This document shows, piece after piece, positions 1 through 9,980 of a stretch of DNA of 64,000 bases; positions within the stretch are counted from its first letter, which is position 1; each line of letters starts with the position of its first letter. The notes beneath the pieces are model-generated. The model ran no database searches. It was not told the DNA's origin and was given only the letters and a program-made list of their open reading frames with translations. A program made the position numbers and the translations under genes. This DNA comes from Thermogemmatispora sp. (GTDB lineage Bacteria; Chloroflexota; Ktedonobacteria; Ktedonobacterales; Ktedonobacteraceae), in NCBI RefSeq assembly GCF_019683755.1, contig NZ_JADGHT010000001.1:18246-82245 (forward strand). Direction: 5' to 3'.

Positions 1-1574
1 GTCGAGTGGGCATACTGGGCCAGGAGCCGATCGGTCGTGGGATCGCTCCAGCGCTCCCAGTTCGAAGGGGCTGGCTTGCCGACAGGTGCCGTATTGGCGC
101 TATCGAGCAGGGCATCGTACAGGTAATAAGGAGAGGGGCCGCTATTAGTCCATGAAATCGCGCTCTCAAAGTTGCCCAGTTGCAGATCAGAGAGATAGGT
201 ATTGAGAGGCAGGGCCTTGACTGAGACAGAGATACCGATCGTGGCCAGATCCTTGGCCATGAGCTGACAATCCTTCTCCCAATCGGTCCAACCGGAGACG
301 ACCTCCATTGTGAAGGCCAGGCGTCGGCCTTCGCGATCCATAAAGAAGCCATCGCTTCCTCGCACAAAGCCGGCCTCTTCCAGCAAGCGGATAGCGCGAG
401 TCCGGTCAACCTGGAAAGTGAGTGAACGATACTGCGGGGCCAGGAACGAGCGGTAGGAGGGCAGCACAATCGCCGTGGGATGGGGTGGCGGCTCATAGCC
501 GTTCTCTCCCTCTTTCGAGAGGCGCTCGCGGTCGATGGCTAAACTAATAGCCTGGCGTACGGCGAGCAAATTAAAGGGATAGTGGGCGGTATTGAGATAG
601 AGCATTACAACGGCGATGGGGGGCAGCCAGTAACGATTATGAGCCGGGTCGCGTGCCACAAAGCTCTGCAGATTCGAACTAAAGAGGCCAGTCCAGTCAA
701 TGGACCCCTGAGCCAGCAACAAATCGGCGCTGGCATTGGAGACATAGGCCGGATAGCGCAACTGACTGATATAAGGCTTGCCCGGCTGCCAGTAGTGGGG
801 ATTGCGCTCCAGAATATAAAGGGTTGGATCGAACGACTTCAACATGAACGGCCCAGTGCCAACCGGGTTCGGGTTAGTCTCGTGGACGGGATCTTGAAAG
901 TGCTCCCAGATGTGGCGCGGCACAATGTAGGTCTGGCCGCCAATATACCACTCTTCCGGGAAGGATGGCTGTTTGAAAGTAATGACGACGCGATAAGGAT
1001 CGGGGTTCGTCACCTGCTTGACGGTGGTCCAAATACTATGGAGGTCAAGCGCTGGGAAGCGGTGCAGCAAGTTCAGCGTGAAGGCGACATCGTCGCTGGT
1101 AAAGGGCTGGCCATCAGTCCACTGAACGCCGCGGCGCAATTGGAAGGTGAGTGTCTTGAGGTCGCTGGACCATGAGAAGCCTGTAGCCAGCCAAGGTTTC
1201 ACCTGGCCAGTCTCTTGATTGAAGAAGAGCAGCGTTTCATAGATCATCCCTTTGGTTCCGCTGAGGGTAGCGTTATCAGAAGCAAAAGGGTTAAAGAAGC
1301 GTTGGAAGCGTCCATAAGGACCCGGCACAATCGTCAAAGCGCCCCCATACTTAATCTGAGAACCTGACTGCGTAGTGCTCGCGGGTATGCTGCCTGGCAC
1401 ACAGGCCGTCATCAGCAGGAGCAGGGCCAGACTTAGCGCCAAGAGCCAGGTTACAGGCGAGCGCTGGTGTCCACAGCGCTCATCGAAGGCTGAGCAGGGG
1501 CCGGGAGACGAGGTCAGATGAGGGCCACGAGGCTCACGGGCAGGACAGACATAATCAGGGACAGTGGTGGACAT
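1..1574 (-). CDS. ABC transporter substrate-binding lipoprotein, family 5 (peptide/oligosaccharide), truncated by window edge
   Basis: Not in ORF track (runs off the end). Manual translation from ATG at 1574 (RBS AAGGAGGA at 1581-1588): lipobox LLMTAC, YGGALTI, FNPF, W-DGQPFTSDDVAFT, GTGPF, VRQAISLAIDR, all typical of SBP_bac_5. Confidence 0.85.
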   Translation of the reverse strand, partial: MSTTVPDYVCPAREPRGPHLTSSPGPCSAFDERCGHQRSPVTWLLALSLALLLLMTACVPGSIPASTTQSGSQIKYGGALTIVPGPYGRFQRFFNPFASDNATLSGTKGMIYETLLFFNQETGQVKPWLATGFSWSSDLKTLTFQLRRGVQWTDGQPFTSDDVAFTLNLLHRFPALDLHSIWTTVKQVTNPDPYRVVITFKQPSFPEEWYIGGQTYIVPRHIWEHFQDPVHETNPNPVGTGPFMLKSFDPTLYILERNPHYWQPGKPYISQLRYPAYVSNASADLLLAQGSIDWTGLFSSNLQSFVARDPAHNRYWLPPIAVVMLYLNTAHYPFNLLAVRQAISLAIDRERLSKEGENGYEPPPHPTAIVLPSYRSFLAPQYRSLTFQVDRTRAIRLLEEAGFVRGSDGFFMDREGRRLAFTMEVVSGWTDWEKDCQLMAKDLATIGISVSVKALPLNTYLSDLQLGNFESAISWTNSGPSPYYLYDALLDSANTAPVGKPAPSNWERWSDPTTDRLLAQYAHS

Positions 1575-1600
1575 GCTCGATCCTCCTTGGGCATCAGATC

Positions 1601-3781
1601 CTACTGATAAGGCTCGCTCTCGGGAGCCTGGGGCGGCTGCGGGACCCACAGCTGTGAGGGAGGTAAAGGAGTATTGGGACTGGACCCAGGTGAGAACTCC
1701 GTCGGCGGCAGAGGCGTCACCGCCCCACCGGGAGGCAGAGGAGGCAGTCCGACTTGTGATTGAGCGAGCGAGGAACTGACGGGCCGGGTGCCTGAGCCGA
1801 GCGGTGAAAGTGATCCCGTTGTGGTCAGGCTGCGACGCTCGCTCGCCACCCTGGCCGGCGCGGCTGACTGCTCGCGCGAGACCTTGAAGGCATCGACCGA
1901 GACCCGCAGATGCTCGACCAACGAGGCCAGACGCTGCATATGATGGGTGGCCTCACTCAGCCGGGCTTTGTTGGCCTGAGTGAGATCGGCAACATACTGC
2001 ATGATCTGGACAGCAGCCGTAGCCAGCTCCATTTGCCTGGTCACGAGGCTCGTAATCTCGGCGATATCGCGGGCCTGGCGCTCAACTGTGGTAAAGATCC
2101 CTTCCAGTGTGCGCTCAACATCCTGGGAGACCTTGCTCTCCAGGGTTGTCTCGCGTTGGGTACGCTCCATAGAAGTAGCAGCCTCTGCGATATCTTCCTG
2201 AGCGCTGCGAACGATGCGAGCGACGTTATTGGCCTCTAGCTTAGCCTGCTCGGCCAGTCGACGAATGCGTACGGCCACCGCGCCGAACTCCTTGCGTCCT
2301 TCACCGGCCATTGCCGCCTGAATGGCCGAGTCGAGGGCTAGGCGATGGGTCTGGTATGCCAGGCTGAAGATGACCTCCACAATATCGTTGATCTCCTGTG
2401 AGCGCTCGCCCAGGCTCCGCACACGCTGCGTCGTCGCCTGCACATGGGCGTGAATATGGCCAAGGCGATTAATGGCGTCCCAGGTAGCCTGATGCCCGCC
2501 GGTGGCACTGCGCTGCGTATCCTGAGCGATGGCCTCCAGGGTCTGGGCATGCTGTGCCACCTCTTGACTGGCCAGGGCCATCTGCTCCACACCGCTGGCG
2601 GCCTCATTGATCTGCTGGATCTGGAACTCACCAATCTGGCCAAGGCGTGTCATCTGCTCCAACGTCAGCCGAGTCGAGTGCTCCACCTCACGAGCCACCT
2701 GCTTAATGCGGATCACCAGGCTCTCCAGCTCGCTGATCATATAGTTAAAGGAAGAGGCGAGGACGCCGAGGACATCGCCCGTCACGTCAGCCCGGATGCG
2801 TAGATCTCCTTCGCCTACCCCTTTGACCTCGCTCGCCAGATTGCTGATACGCGTCTGCAGCAGGTCACGCTGCTGCTGCGTGTTCTCCATCAATTGGACG
2901 ATGGTATCGAGCATGCTATTCATCGAGGCCGCCACACGGGCAATCTCGTCGCGCCCGCTTAGTTTGGCTCGTGCCGTAGTATCGCCGGCACTGATGCGCC
3001 GCGTGAGCAGAATGAGCTGACGCAGCGGACGACTAATAGTCAGGTTGACAAGGTAGCCAATGGAGAAGACAAAGAGCATGGAAATGGGAATGGCGGTCAC
3101 GGTCCCGATCAGCATGGGAACGGTCTGCGAGGGGCCAACGCGTACCACCTCGGTATTGACCCGCTCGGCGATATCTACGATGCGTTGCCAACTGGACAGC
3201 AGTGGCGTGTAGAGCTGATCAGCTTTTTGCAGGAGCTGGGCGGCCTGGGCCAGGGGCATGCGCGTGTCCAGGCCGATCAGCAGATCGTCCTGGGCTGCCT
3301 TGTACTGGGGCCATTGGTGCTCCAGGATCAGATCCAGTAGCTGCTGCTGCTCACGGATAATGGTGGTGTGGGGATCATTCTCTAGCAGAATCCGTCGGAT
3401 GTCAGCCATCGCCGGAGCGGTTGCGAGCTGGTATTGTTCCTGATAGGCAACGCTGTCAACGTCAAAGCTGCCTTCGATGCTGAGCACCTGCAAGATAACG
3501 TCTTCTTCGGCGCGCGTAACAGTCGCATCACTCGTACTGTTGGTTGTAACACTCGGCAACAGAGCCACAAGCAGCGCATGCATGCTCTGCAGACGCGCGA
3601 GTTCGGTCGTTGTGATCTTGATAGTCTGGTTACTGATCTGCACAGCCTGCCTGCCCGACTCCAGGGCGTGAAAGTAAATGCTACTGAGGAAGACAATCGC
3701 GATAAAGGGGATGATCGTCGCCCAGGCGAAGGTGGCAAAGAGTCGCAGGGAAATTGGTATGTTACTAATCCATCTCGGCAT
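1601..3781 (-). CDS. Methyl-accepting chemotaxis-like membrane receptor (2 TM, extracellular helical domain, two HAMP, divergent MCP signalling domain, Pro/Ser-rich tail)
   Basis: HAMP motifs (ISRPLRQL...GRDEIARVAASMNSM; GDLRIRA...LGVLASSFN); hairpin QTHRLALDSAIQAAMAGE resembles QTNLLALNAAIEAARAGE. Start at 3781 chosen for the GGAGG RBS (ORF track start 3862). Confidence 0.85.
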   Translation of the reverse strand: MPRWISNIPISLRLFATFAWATIIPFIAIVFLSSIYFHALESGRQAVQISNQTIKITTTELARLQSMHALLVALLPSVTTNSTSDATVTRAEEDVILQVLSIEGSFDVDSVAYQEQYQLATAPAMADIRRILLENDPHTTIIREQQQLLDLILEHQWPQYKAAQDDLLIGLDTRMPLAQAAQLLQKADQLYTPLLSSWQRIVDIAERVNTEVVRVGPSQTVPMLIGTVTAIPISMLFVFSIGYLVNLTISRPLRQLILLTRRISAGDTTARAKLSGRDEIARVAASMNSMLDTIVQLMENTQQQRDLLQTRISNLASEVKGVGEGDLRIRADVTGDVLGVLASSFNYMISELESLVIRIKQVAREVEHSTRLTLEQMTRLGQIGEFQIQQINEAASGVEQMALASQEVAQHAQTLEAIAQDTQRSATGGHQATWDAINRLGHIHAHVQATTQRVRSLGERSQEINDIVEVIFSLAYQTHRLALDSAIQAAMAGEGRKEFGAVAVRIRRLAEQAKLEANNVARIVRSAQEDIAEAATSMERTQRETTLESKVSQDVERTLEGIFTTVERQARDIAEITSLVTRQMELATAAVQIMQYVADLTQANKARLSEATHHMQRLASLVEHLRVSVDAFKVSREQSAAPARVASERRSLTTTGSLSPLGSGTRPVSSSLAQSQVGLPPLPPGGAVTPLPPTEFSPGSSPNTPLPPSQLWVPQPPQAPESEPYQ

Positions 3782-3972
3782 CTTCCTGGCCTCCTCTCTT
3801 GCGCTCAGCTCCGTCGCGCCTCTCTCTGCCGGTTGCTCGCTCGCAGGACCACACGTGGTCATAACGTCAAACGCTGCCGGTGATGTTGAGCTAAGTATAC
3901 AATACCAGTAGTCCTAGAATTCCTAAATGGTCGATTACTCACCTGAATTTCTTACCGACATTCTTCTCTGCG

Positions 3973-3998
3973 TTGTTACGGTACCGGTACCGTAACAA
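3973..3998. promoter_or_regulatory. Perfect 26-bp palindrome TTGTTACGGTACCGGTACCGTAACAA, putative operator (LacI-like)
   Basis: Exact self-complementarity, central CG, in an AT-rich intergenic region upstream of the MCP-SBP genes. Confidence 0.6.
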
Positions 3999-4196
3999 GA
4001 TCAGGAATCAATCTATAGTGCAAAGGAAGCGGCGGATGGCGATAGAGCGGCGCAGCAACCTGGTGGTAGTGGTAGCAGTGAGAACGTGGGCGCTGGGGGA
4101 ACGCGTGGGGGAGAGAAAGCAATCAAGCCAAGCTGGCAGATAAGGAAGTGGAGAGAGAAGACCAGCGGGAAGAAGTCGGTGAAGGTCGCTGTGGCC

Positions 4197-5789
4197 TCAG
4201 CCGGGCAAGGGAGAGGAGTGCCGTCGGAGAGTGAAGAGGGCGCCGAGCAGGGGGGGCGGGAGACTGCCGGCGCTGTGGGCAGTAGCAATCAAGAACAGAA
4301 AGACAAAGATCAGCAGGAGCACGGCCAGAGCGATCGCCGTCAGCAGGATAGCTGTGCGCAAGCTCAGGCCCGTTTCGGAGAGGGAGAGCGGCCACCCGCG
4401 AGGCTGAGCGACAGGTGGAGAAGAGGCGGAAGAAGCGCCCACGCTTCGGCGCCGCAAACGTGCCAGTCTTGGCTGACCGCCGGCATTGCTGACAGCGGAC
4501 ATCGCTGGGGGAGAAGCTGGCTGGACTCGCGCTGAAGGGAGAATCAGACGTTGTGGTTGCCCTTGGCCAGCTTGCTGACCTGTCTGCGCTGAGCGAGTTG
4601 GCCCGCTTGCTGGCTGGGAAGCAGCGGAACTGGTCCAGCCGCAGCGGGGACAGCTTACTTGTGAGGCGGCTAGCGATATTTGACACACGGGGCAGTTAAA
4701 ACCAGGTGTGCTGGCACGGGTCTGCTGCAAATCGTCGTAGAGCTGGGGCAAGTCCGGCTGTGTCTTGTGAGGATCAACCGGGCGCCCTCGCTCCGCTGGG
4801 GATGCCTTCGGCTCCTGACGTGCTGGCTGCAGCATCTCCAGCACCTGTCTCAACTCAGCCTTGAACTCTGCTACTGACTGATAGCGCTCGGTTGGCTTGA
4901 GGGCCATCGCTCGCTGGATAATGGCATTCAATCGCTGCAGGATCTCCGGCGGCAGAGTTGCAAGCTGAGCCACATGCCGAGGCATGCGCGAACCCCGTGG
5001 GGAGCGACTCCCTTCGAAGCGGAAGGCCTTGCCGGCCTTCTCCTCGTTCATCAAGCGAGCGAGCTGCTCCTGAAGCGAAGGCAGACCCGAGTATCCCTGC
5101 TGGAGCGCCTGGTTGCGTGCCGAAACGCTGGCTGGCTCCTGCATGGTCAAAGCGAAATACAAGGTGCCGCCCAGGGCATAGACATCGGAGCGGGGGTCAG
5201 TGCCACTCCCCCCGGGGTACTGTTCGGGAGGTGCGTAGCCGGGCGTACCCTGATGGCGAGCAAAAAAGAGCGTGCGTGCTCCATCAGCCACCGCTTTGGC
5301 ATTGCCCAGATCCACAAGATAGGCTGTCCCGTCGGAGGTGATACGGATATTGTCAGGCTTAATATCGCGGTGAATCACTGGCGGCTGCTGGCTATGGAGA
5401 AACTGGACGGCATCGCAGACCGCTAGCAGCCAGCCCAGGATCACCGGCAGCGGAATGGCCTCATCGCGCTGCCGGGCGAGACGCAACTGCTCGGTCAAGT
5501 CACGACCCTCAATGTAGCTCAGCACCACGTAGTAGCGGCCACGCTCACTAAAAGCATCGATAAAGCTGGGCAGGTGGGGGTGATGCAGGCGGCTCAGCAC
5601 GCGTGCCTCATGCTGGAGTTGCGCCTGACCGCTCGCGCCAGTGACCAGATATTCTTTCACTGCACACGGCTGATTGGTGCGCAGATCTACTGCCAGATAG
5701 ACATGGCCGAAGCCGCCGCTGCCCAGGGCCCGTTCGATGCGGTACTGGCCTCGCATGACCGTCCCCGGCGGGATGGTTTCGATCATCAT
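4197..5789 (-). CDS. Hanks-type Ser/Thr protein kinase with CxxC zinc ribbon and C-terminal TM helix
   Basis: LGSGGFG, AVKE, HRDIKPDN, DLG, GTPGYAPPE, SDVYALG; CPVC...CPRC; hydrophobic AILLTAIALAVLLLIFVFLFLI. Extended -10 TGTTATAAT on the minus strand near 5863-5871. Confidence 0.92.
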   Translation of the reverse strand: MMIETIPPGTVMRGQYRIERALGSGGFGHVYLAVDLRTNQPCAVKEYLVTGASGQAQLQHEARVLSRLHHPHLPSFIDAFSERGRYYVVLSYIEGRDLTEQLRLARQRDEAIPLPVILGWLLAVCDAVQFLHSQQPPVIHRDIKPDNIRITSDGTAYLVDLGNAKAVADGARTLFFARHQGTPGYAPPEQYPGGSGTDPRSDVYALGGTLYFALTMQEPASVSARNQALQQGYSGLPSLQEQLARLMNEEKAGKAFRFEGSRSPRGSRMPRHVAQLATLPPEILQRLNAIIQRAMALKPTERYQSVAEFKAELRQVLEMLQPARQEPKASPAERGRPVDPHKTQPDLPQLYDDLQQTRASTPGFNCPVCQISLAASQVSCPRCGWTSSAASQPASGPTRSAQTGQQAGQGQPQRLILPSARVQPASPPAMSAVSNAGGQPRLARLRRRSVGASSASSPPVAQPRGWPLSLSETGLSLRTAILLTAIALAVLLLIFVFLFLIATAHSAGSLPPPLLGALFTLRRHSSPLPG

Positions 5790-6180
5790 AGATGCTCTCT
5801 CTTCCTCCAGTTATCGCTCGGCTCAGAATAGGGAGAGGCGGCGCCCCATGAGGTCCCGCTGCATTATAACACTCCCGTCGCGCTACTGTCATGTACAGAC
5901 GCTACAATGGCTAGCTCGCTGGCAGGAGGACAACAGCTAGGCACCATAGCCAACGAAGCGTTGCTCTAGCCCGAGCGCTGCGCAACCTGCTGCCCGTCCT
6001 TGAAAAAGAAACGCTTTCGTCCTCCTTTTCTCACGTATCAACCCGCTGCCAGGAGGCGAGGCGGCAACACCTGGAGATCCGATACGGCGTTGACGCGTAC
6101 CAGCCGTCTCCGACTGCTTCTGCTCAACCAGTCGCTGTGTCGTCCTACGCAGTGCGCGGACCCCCTAGCTCAGCCAAAGG

Positions 6181-6209
6181 TTGACAGTAAGCGACGCTTG
6201 CGGTACCCT
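6181..6209 (+). promoter_or_regulatory. sigma70-like promoter TTGACA-N17-TACCCT
   Basis: Consensus -35 and correct spacing, about 380 nt upstream of the deacetylase gene. Confidence 0.45.
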
Positions 6210-6591
6210 CTCGCTATGAAGCTTGCACGACTGCTACTTGCAGGCTGGGCTTTCCCTCCCCACATAGCTGCTCGCCCGCTAGGTCCAGGTAGGCGCATTG
6301 GCAGAACTACCCTCTTGCTTAGCTACTGGCTGCTAGTGCCTGCCCGTCTGGTCTGTGCGGAAAGGCCCTTGTACTTACTGTCACTGGCTGGGGGGCGTCT
6401 GCCAGCCATGCCATTTCCCAGGAGGTGCTGACAGCAGCCAGTCGGGAAAGATAGAGGCCTCTGGCTCGCTCTGTTGACCAGCTTCCTTGTGGAGAAAGCT
6501 TCAGAGGGGAGAGACCCCGCCGTCAGAGCAGTAGCCAATGCCTGTCGCCTGTCGTTAAGGTCGTCCTCATCACGGAAGGATAGGAGAACAG

Positions 6592-7737
6592 ATGTCGGAG
6601 ACCGGTGTGACCAGTGGCTTGCTCTTTGACGAGCGCTTTCTAGCCCACGATGCGGGCGTCGAAAGCACCGTGCGCATGCGCGAGGGAAGCTTTGAGCTAG
6701 ATCCTGAGCCGCATCCCTCGGACGTGGCGATTATCAAACGTACCTGGCAGTTTCTGGAGCGTTCTGGCCTGCTTAGACGCATGCGACACCTGCGGGCGCG
6801 AGCTGCTCAGGAGGAGGAGCTGCTTGCCTATCATACACGCTCCTATCTCGACGGCTTGCGGGCCTACACGGCGGGGGGGCCGCGACAAGGAGACTGGGGC
6901 GAGATCGATGACGATACACCGGTTAGCGCCAGCTCGCTAGAGGCGGCTATCTGGGCTGCTGGGGGGGCCTGTCAAGCGGTGGAGGCTGTGATGCGCGGTC
7001 AGGTACGCCATGTCTATGCGCTGCTGCGTCCTCCTGGTCATCATGCCGAGCGCAACCGTGCCCTGGGCTATTGCATCTTCAATAACGTGGTCATTGCCGC
7101 CGAGTACGCGCGCCGCACCTATGGACTCGAGCGCATCATGATCATCGACTGGGATGTCCACCACGGCAATGGCACCCAGGAGGCTTTCTACACTGACCCC
7201 GGTGTACTCTTTCTCTCGCTCCATCAGCACAACTGGTATCCGCGTCTCTCAGGTGAGCTAGAGCAGGTAGGCGCTGGGGCCGGTGTGGGCTATACCGTCA
7301 ACATTCCCCTGCCGGAGGGAACTGGCGACCGTGGCTACCTGGCAGCCTTTGAACAGCTTGTACTGCCGATTGGCCTCCACTATCGTCCGCAGCTCATTCT
7401 CATCTCTGCAGGGCAAGATGGGAGCTGGCTTGATCCTTTGGCGCGCATGATGCTGACGCGACAAGGGTATCGGCGGCTGACTGAGCTGGTTATCGCTCTG
7501 GCCGACGAGGTCTGTGCTGGTCGCCTGGTCGCTCTGCACGAGGGGGGGTATAGCCGCGCCTATGTACCCTACTGTACGGCGGCCATTGTAGAGGCTCTGG
7601 TCGGCATCGACTTGGGCATTGTCGATCTGTACGCTGGTACCTGGGAACTGGAGCGCAGCGCCACCATCCTGACGCGTGCCACATGCCAGGCGCTAGAGCA
7701 GGCCCGCCGCTGGCATCGTCAATGGTGGCCTCTGTGA
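6592..7737 (+). CDS. Class II histone deacetylase family / acetylpolyamine amidohydrolase-like Zn hydrolase
   Basis: RPPGHHAE, GYCIFNN, IIDWDVHHGNGTQ, SAGQD, DPL, EGGY motifs. Confidence 0.93.
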   Translation: MSETGVTSGLLFDERFLAHDAGVESTVRMREGSFELDPEPHPSDVAIIKRTWQFLERSGLLRRMRHLRARAAQEEELLAYHTRSYLDGLRAYTAGGPRQGDWGEIDDDTPVSASSLEAAIWAAGGACQAVEAVMRGQVRHVYALLRPPGHHAERNRALGYCIFNNVVIAAEYARRTYGLERIMIIDWDVHHGNGTQEAFYTDPGVLFLSLHQHNWYPRLSGELEQVGAGAGVGYTVNIPLPEGTGDRGYLAAFEQLVLPIGLHYRPQLILISAGQDGSWLDPLARMMLTRQGYRRLTELVIALADEVCAGRLVALHEGGYSRAYVPYCTAAIVEALVGIDLGIVDLYAGTWELERSATILTRATCQALEQARRWHRQWWPL

Positions 7738-7920
7738 ACTAGGGACCGGCAAGAAGATGAACCCAAGATGCCAGAGAGCGGCCTCCACTCTGCAAGCTAC
7801 AAGGAGAGCAGAGACCTCAGTCGTTGCCCCTGGACACGGCTCTGGTTTAAAGTGAAAAGAAGGTACTGCGACTGGACTGGCAACAGCTCTATCTACGCAG
7901 GATAGGAAGGATCAACGAGC

Positions 7921-8970
7921 GTGGATGCACAAGGTGAGAGGCGCGGGCGCCTCTGGGGCTACTTGCTCGTCGTGTTGGCCTCTATGCTCTTTGGGTTCAA
8001 TGGGAACCTTGCGCGCAAGCTCTTTGACGAAAGCCCGCTGACACCACTGACCCTGGTGGAATGCCGCATGCTCATTGGGGGAGGCTGTTTATTGGCCTTA
8101 CTGGGGATAGTGCAGCGTGGGAAGGTGCTGCCATCGCGCCAGAGCTGGGGCTGGCTGCTAGCTCTGGGCTTAGCGATGGCCGCGGTAACCTATAGCTATT
8201 TCATGGCCATCAGTCGTTTGCCAGTGGCCATCGCCCTGGTGATCCAGTTTAGTACGCCGGCCTGGCTTGTGCTCGGTGAAGCCCTTTGGCGGCGGCGCTG
8301 GCCCTCCTTGCCCGTGCTGAGTTCCTTGTTGCTGGCAGGCAGTGGCATTGTCCTGGTCACAGCCGCCTGGCAGCCACAATTTCTGCGGCTGGACGGGCTA
8401 GGACTGCTCGCTGCCTTCTTCTCGGTCCTCTCCTTTGCGGCTTACCTGTTGCTAGGTCGCCGAGTTGGACGCGAACTGCTGCCCCTGAGCGCGACGGCCT
8501 GGGGAGCGATCATCGCCGCTCTTTTCTGGCTCCTGGTGCAGCCACCCTGGAGGATACCACTTGCCAGTTTGCAGCCGTCTCTCTGGCCGGCACTGTTGGC
8601 GGTGGGTATCCTTGGCATGGCGGTCCCGTTTCTGTGCGAGCTAGCGGCTCTACGCTATCTGGAGGCGGGCCGTGTCGGCATTGTAGCCATGCTAGAGCTG
8701 GTGGCCGGCAGTGCCATTGCTTACGGCTGGCTGGGCGAAGTTCTGACCCTCGACCAGCTTCTTGGAGGGGTACTCGTTATGCTCGGAGTGGGGCTGCTCC
8801 ACTACGAGGAGCTGCGCCGCCCCTCTGGCGGCGCTTCCCCTCAAGGGAGGCTGCCGCCAGTCGAGCGAGGGGAAGAGCATAGTGACCGGTCAGAGCGGCA
8901 GGAGTTGCTCCGGGGTCAATCTCGAGAGTCAGCCACCGGAAGATCGGGCCAAGCCAGAGAGGAAAAGTGA
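7921..8970 (+). CDS. EamA/DMT family transporter
   Basis: About 10 hydrophobic helices in two EamA repeats; LGEVLTLDQLLGGVLV. Confidence 0.88.
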   Translation: MDAQGERRGRLWGYLLVVLASMLFGFNGNLARKLFDESPLTPLTLVECRMLIGGGCLLALLGIVQRGKVLPSRQSWGWLLALGLAMAAVTYSYFMAISRLPVAIALVIQFSTPAWLVLGEALWRRRWPSLPVLSSLLLAGSGIVLVTAAWQPQFLRLDGLGLLAAFFSVLSFAAYLLLGRRVGRELLPLSATAWGAIIAALFWLLVQPPWRIPLASLQPSLWPALLAVGILGMAVPFLCELAALRYLEAGRVGIVAMLELVAGSAIAYGWLGEVLTLDQLLGGVLVMLGVGLLHYEELRRPSGGASPQGRLPPVERGEEHSDRSERQELLRGQSRESATGRSGQAREEK

Positions 8971-9023
8971 GGGGATCAGGCCAGGTGGCCAGGAGAGCAT
9001 TGCCGTCCTGGGAATAGGTGGAC

Positions 9024-9941
9024 TCAGCGAATCGACTTCTCGCGATTCGGGTCCTCGCGCTCCCGACGGTAGGTCTCGTACGCTTCACGCACCAGACGGC
9101 AAATCTCATGAGGGTCATCGGAGACGCGCAGTAGCTCGGCGTCGCTTGGTGAAATCTTGCCCTCGGCCAGCATCGTATGATGGAGCCAGTGTAGCAAGCC
9201 GCCCCAGTAGCGGGAGTCGTAGAGGATCACCGGGAAGTGGCTGACCTTACGGGTCTGAATCAAGGTCAGGGCCTCAAACAGTTCATCCATTGTGCCAAAG
9301 CCGCCAGGAAAGATCACAAAAGCGTTGGAGTATTTGACAAACATAGTCTTGCGGACCATGAAGTAGCGGAAGTCAATGGAGATATCCAGGTACGGGTTGG
9401 AAGCCTGCTCGAAGGGCAGCTCGATATTGCACCCAATGGAAAGATTCCCCCCTTCCTGCGCTCCCTTATTGGCAGCCTCCATGATACCGGGACCGCCCCC
9501 AGTGATAATAGCGAAACCAGCCTGGGCCAGCAGGCGGGCTGTTTCGACCGCCGCGGCATAGGCGGGATCAGTGGGCCGTGTGCGAGCCGAGCCGAAAATG
9601 GCCACGGCGGGCGGAATATGGGCCAGCGCATCAAAGCCATTCACGAACTCGCTCATAATGCGAAAGACGCGCCAGGGGTCAGTGATCGTAAAGTCGAAGT
9701 GCAAGGCCCGCTCCAAGGCGTGCTCATCGGCCTGAATCTGCTCGCTCGGAGGTGGCTCCGAGGGACTGACCAGCGGGCGGGTTGGGCGCGTCAGCAGGCG
9801 CTCATCCTCAGTCAGTGGTCGGCGCTTGCTCTGGAACGAGCGAAAGCGCTCCGCCGCTTTGCGGTTGCGATGGTTAGACGGGGTACCTTTTGATGGCTGA
9901 TGTTGAGATGTGGGATGATTATGATTACGACTCATCGTCAT
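9024..9941 (-). CDS. LOG family nucleotide phosphoribohydrolase (TIGR00730-like)
   Basis: FGSAR, TGGGPGIMEAAN, RKTMFVKYS, PGGFGTMDE. Confidence 0.92.
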   Translation of the reverse strand: MTMSRNHNHPTSQHQPSKGTPSNHRNRKAAERFRSFQSKRRPLTEDERLLTRPTRPLVSPSEPPPSEQIQADEHALERALHFDFTITDPWRVFRIMSEFVNGFDALAHIPPAVAIFGSARTRPTDPAYAAAVETARLLAQAGFAIITGGGPGIMEAANKGAQEGGNLSIGCNIELPFEQASNPYLDISIDFRYFMVRKTMFVKYSNAFVIFPGGFGTMDELFEALTLIQTRKVSHFPVILYDSRYWGGLLHWLHHTMLAEGKISPSDAELLRVSDDPHEICRLVREAYETYRREREDPNREKSIR

Positions 9942-9980
9942 GTTTCCTCACGAATAGTGTGGTCCATTTGATGATGGCAT

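Noticed and set aside
6445-6570. AAGATAGAGG resembling the start of a lysine riboswitch
   Set aside because: Remaining conserved blocks and closing stem not found.
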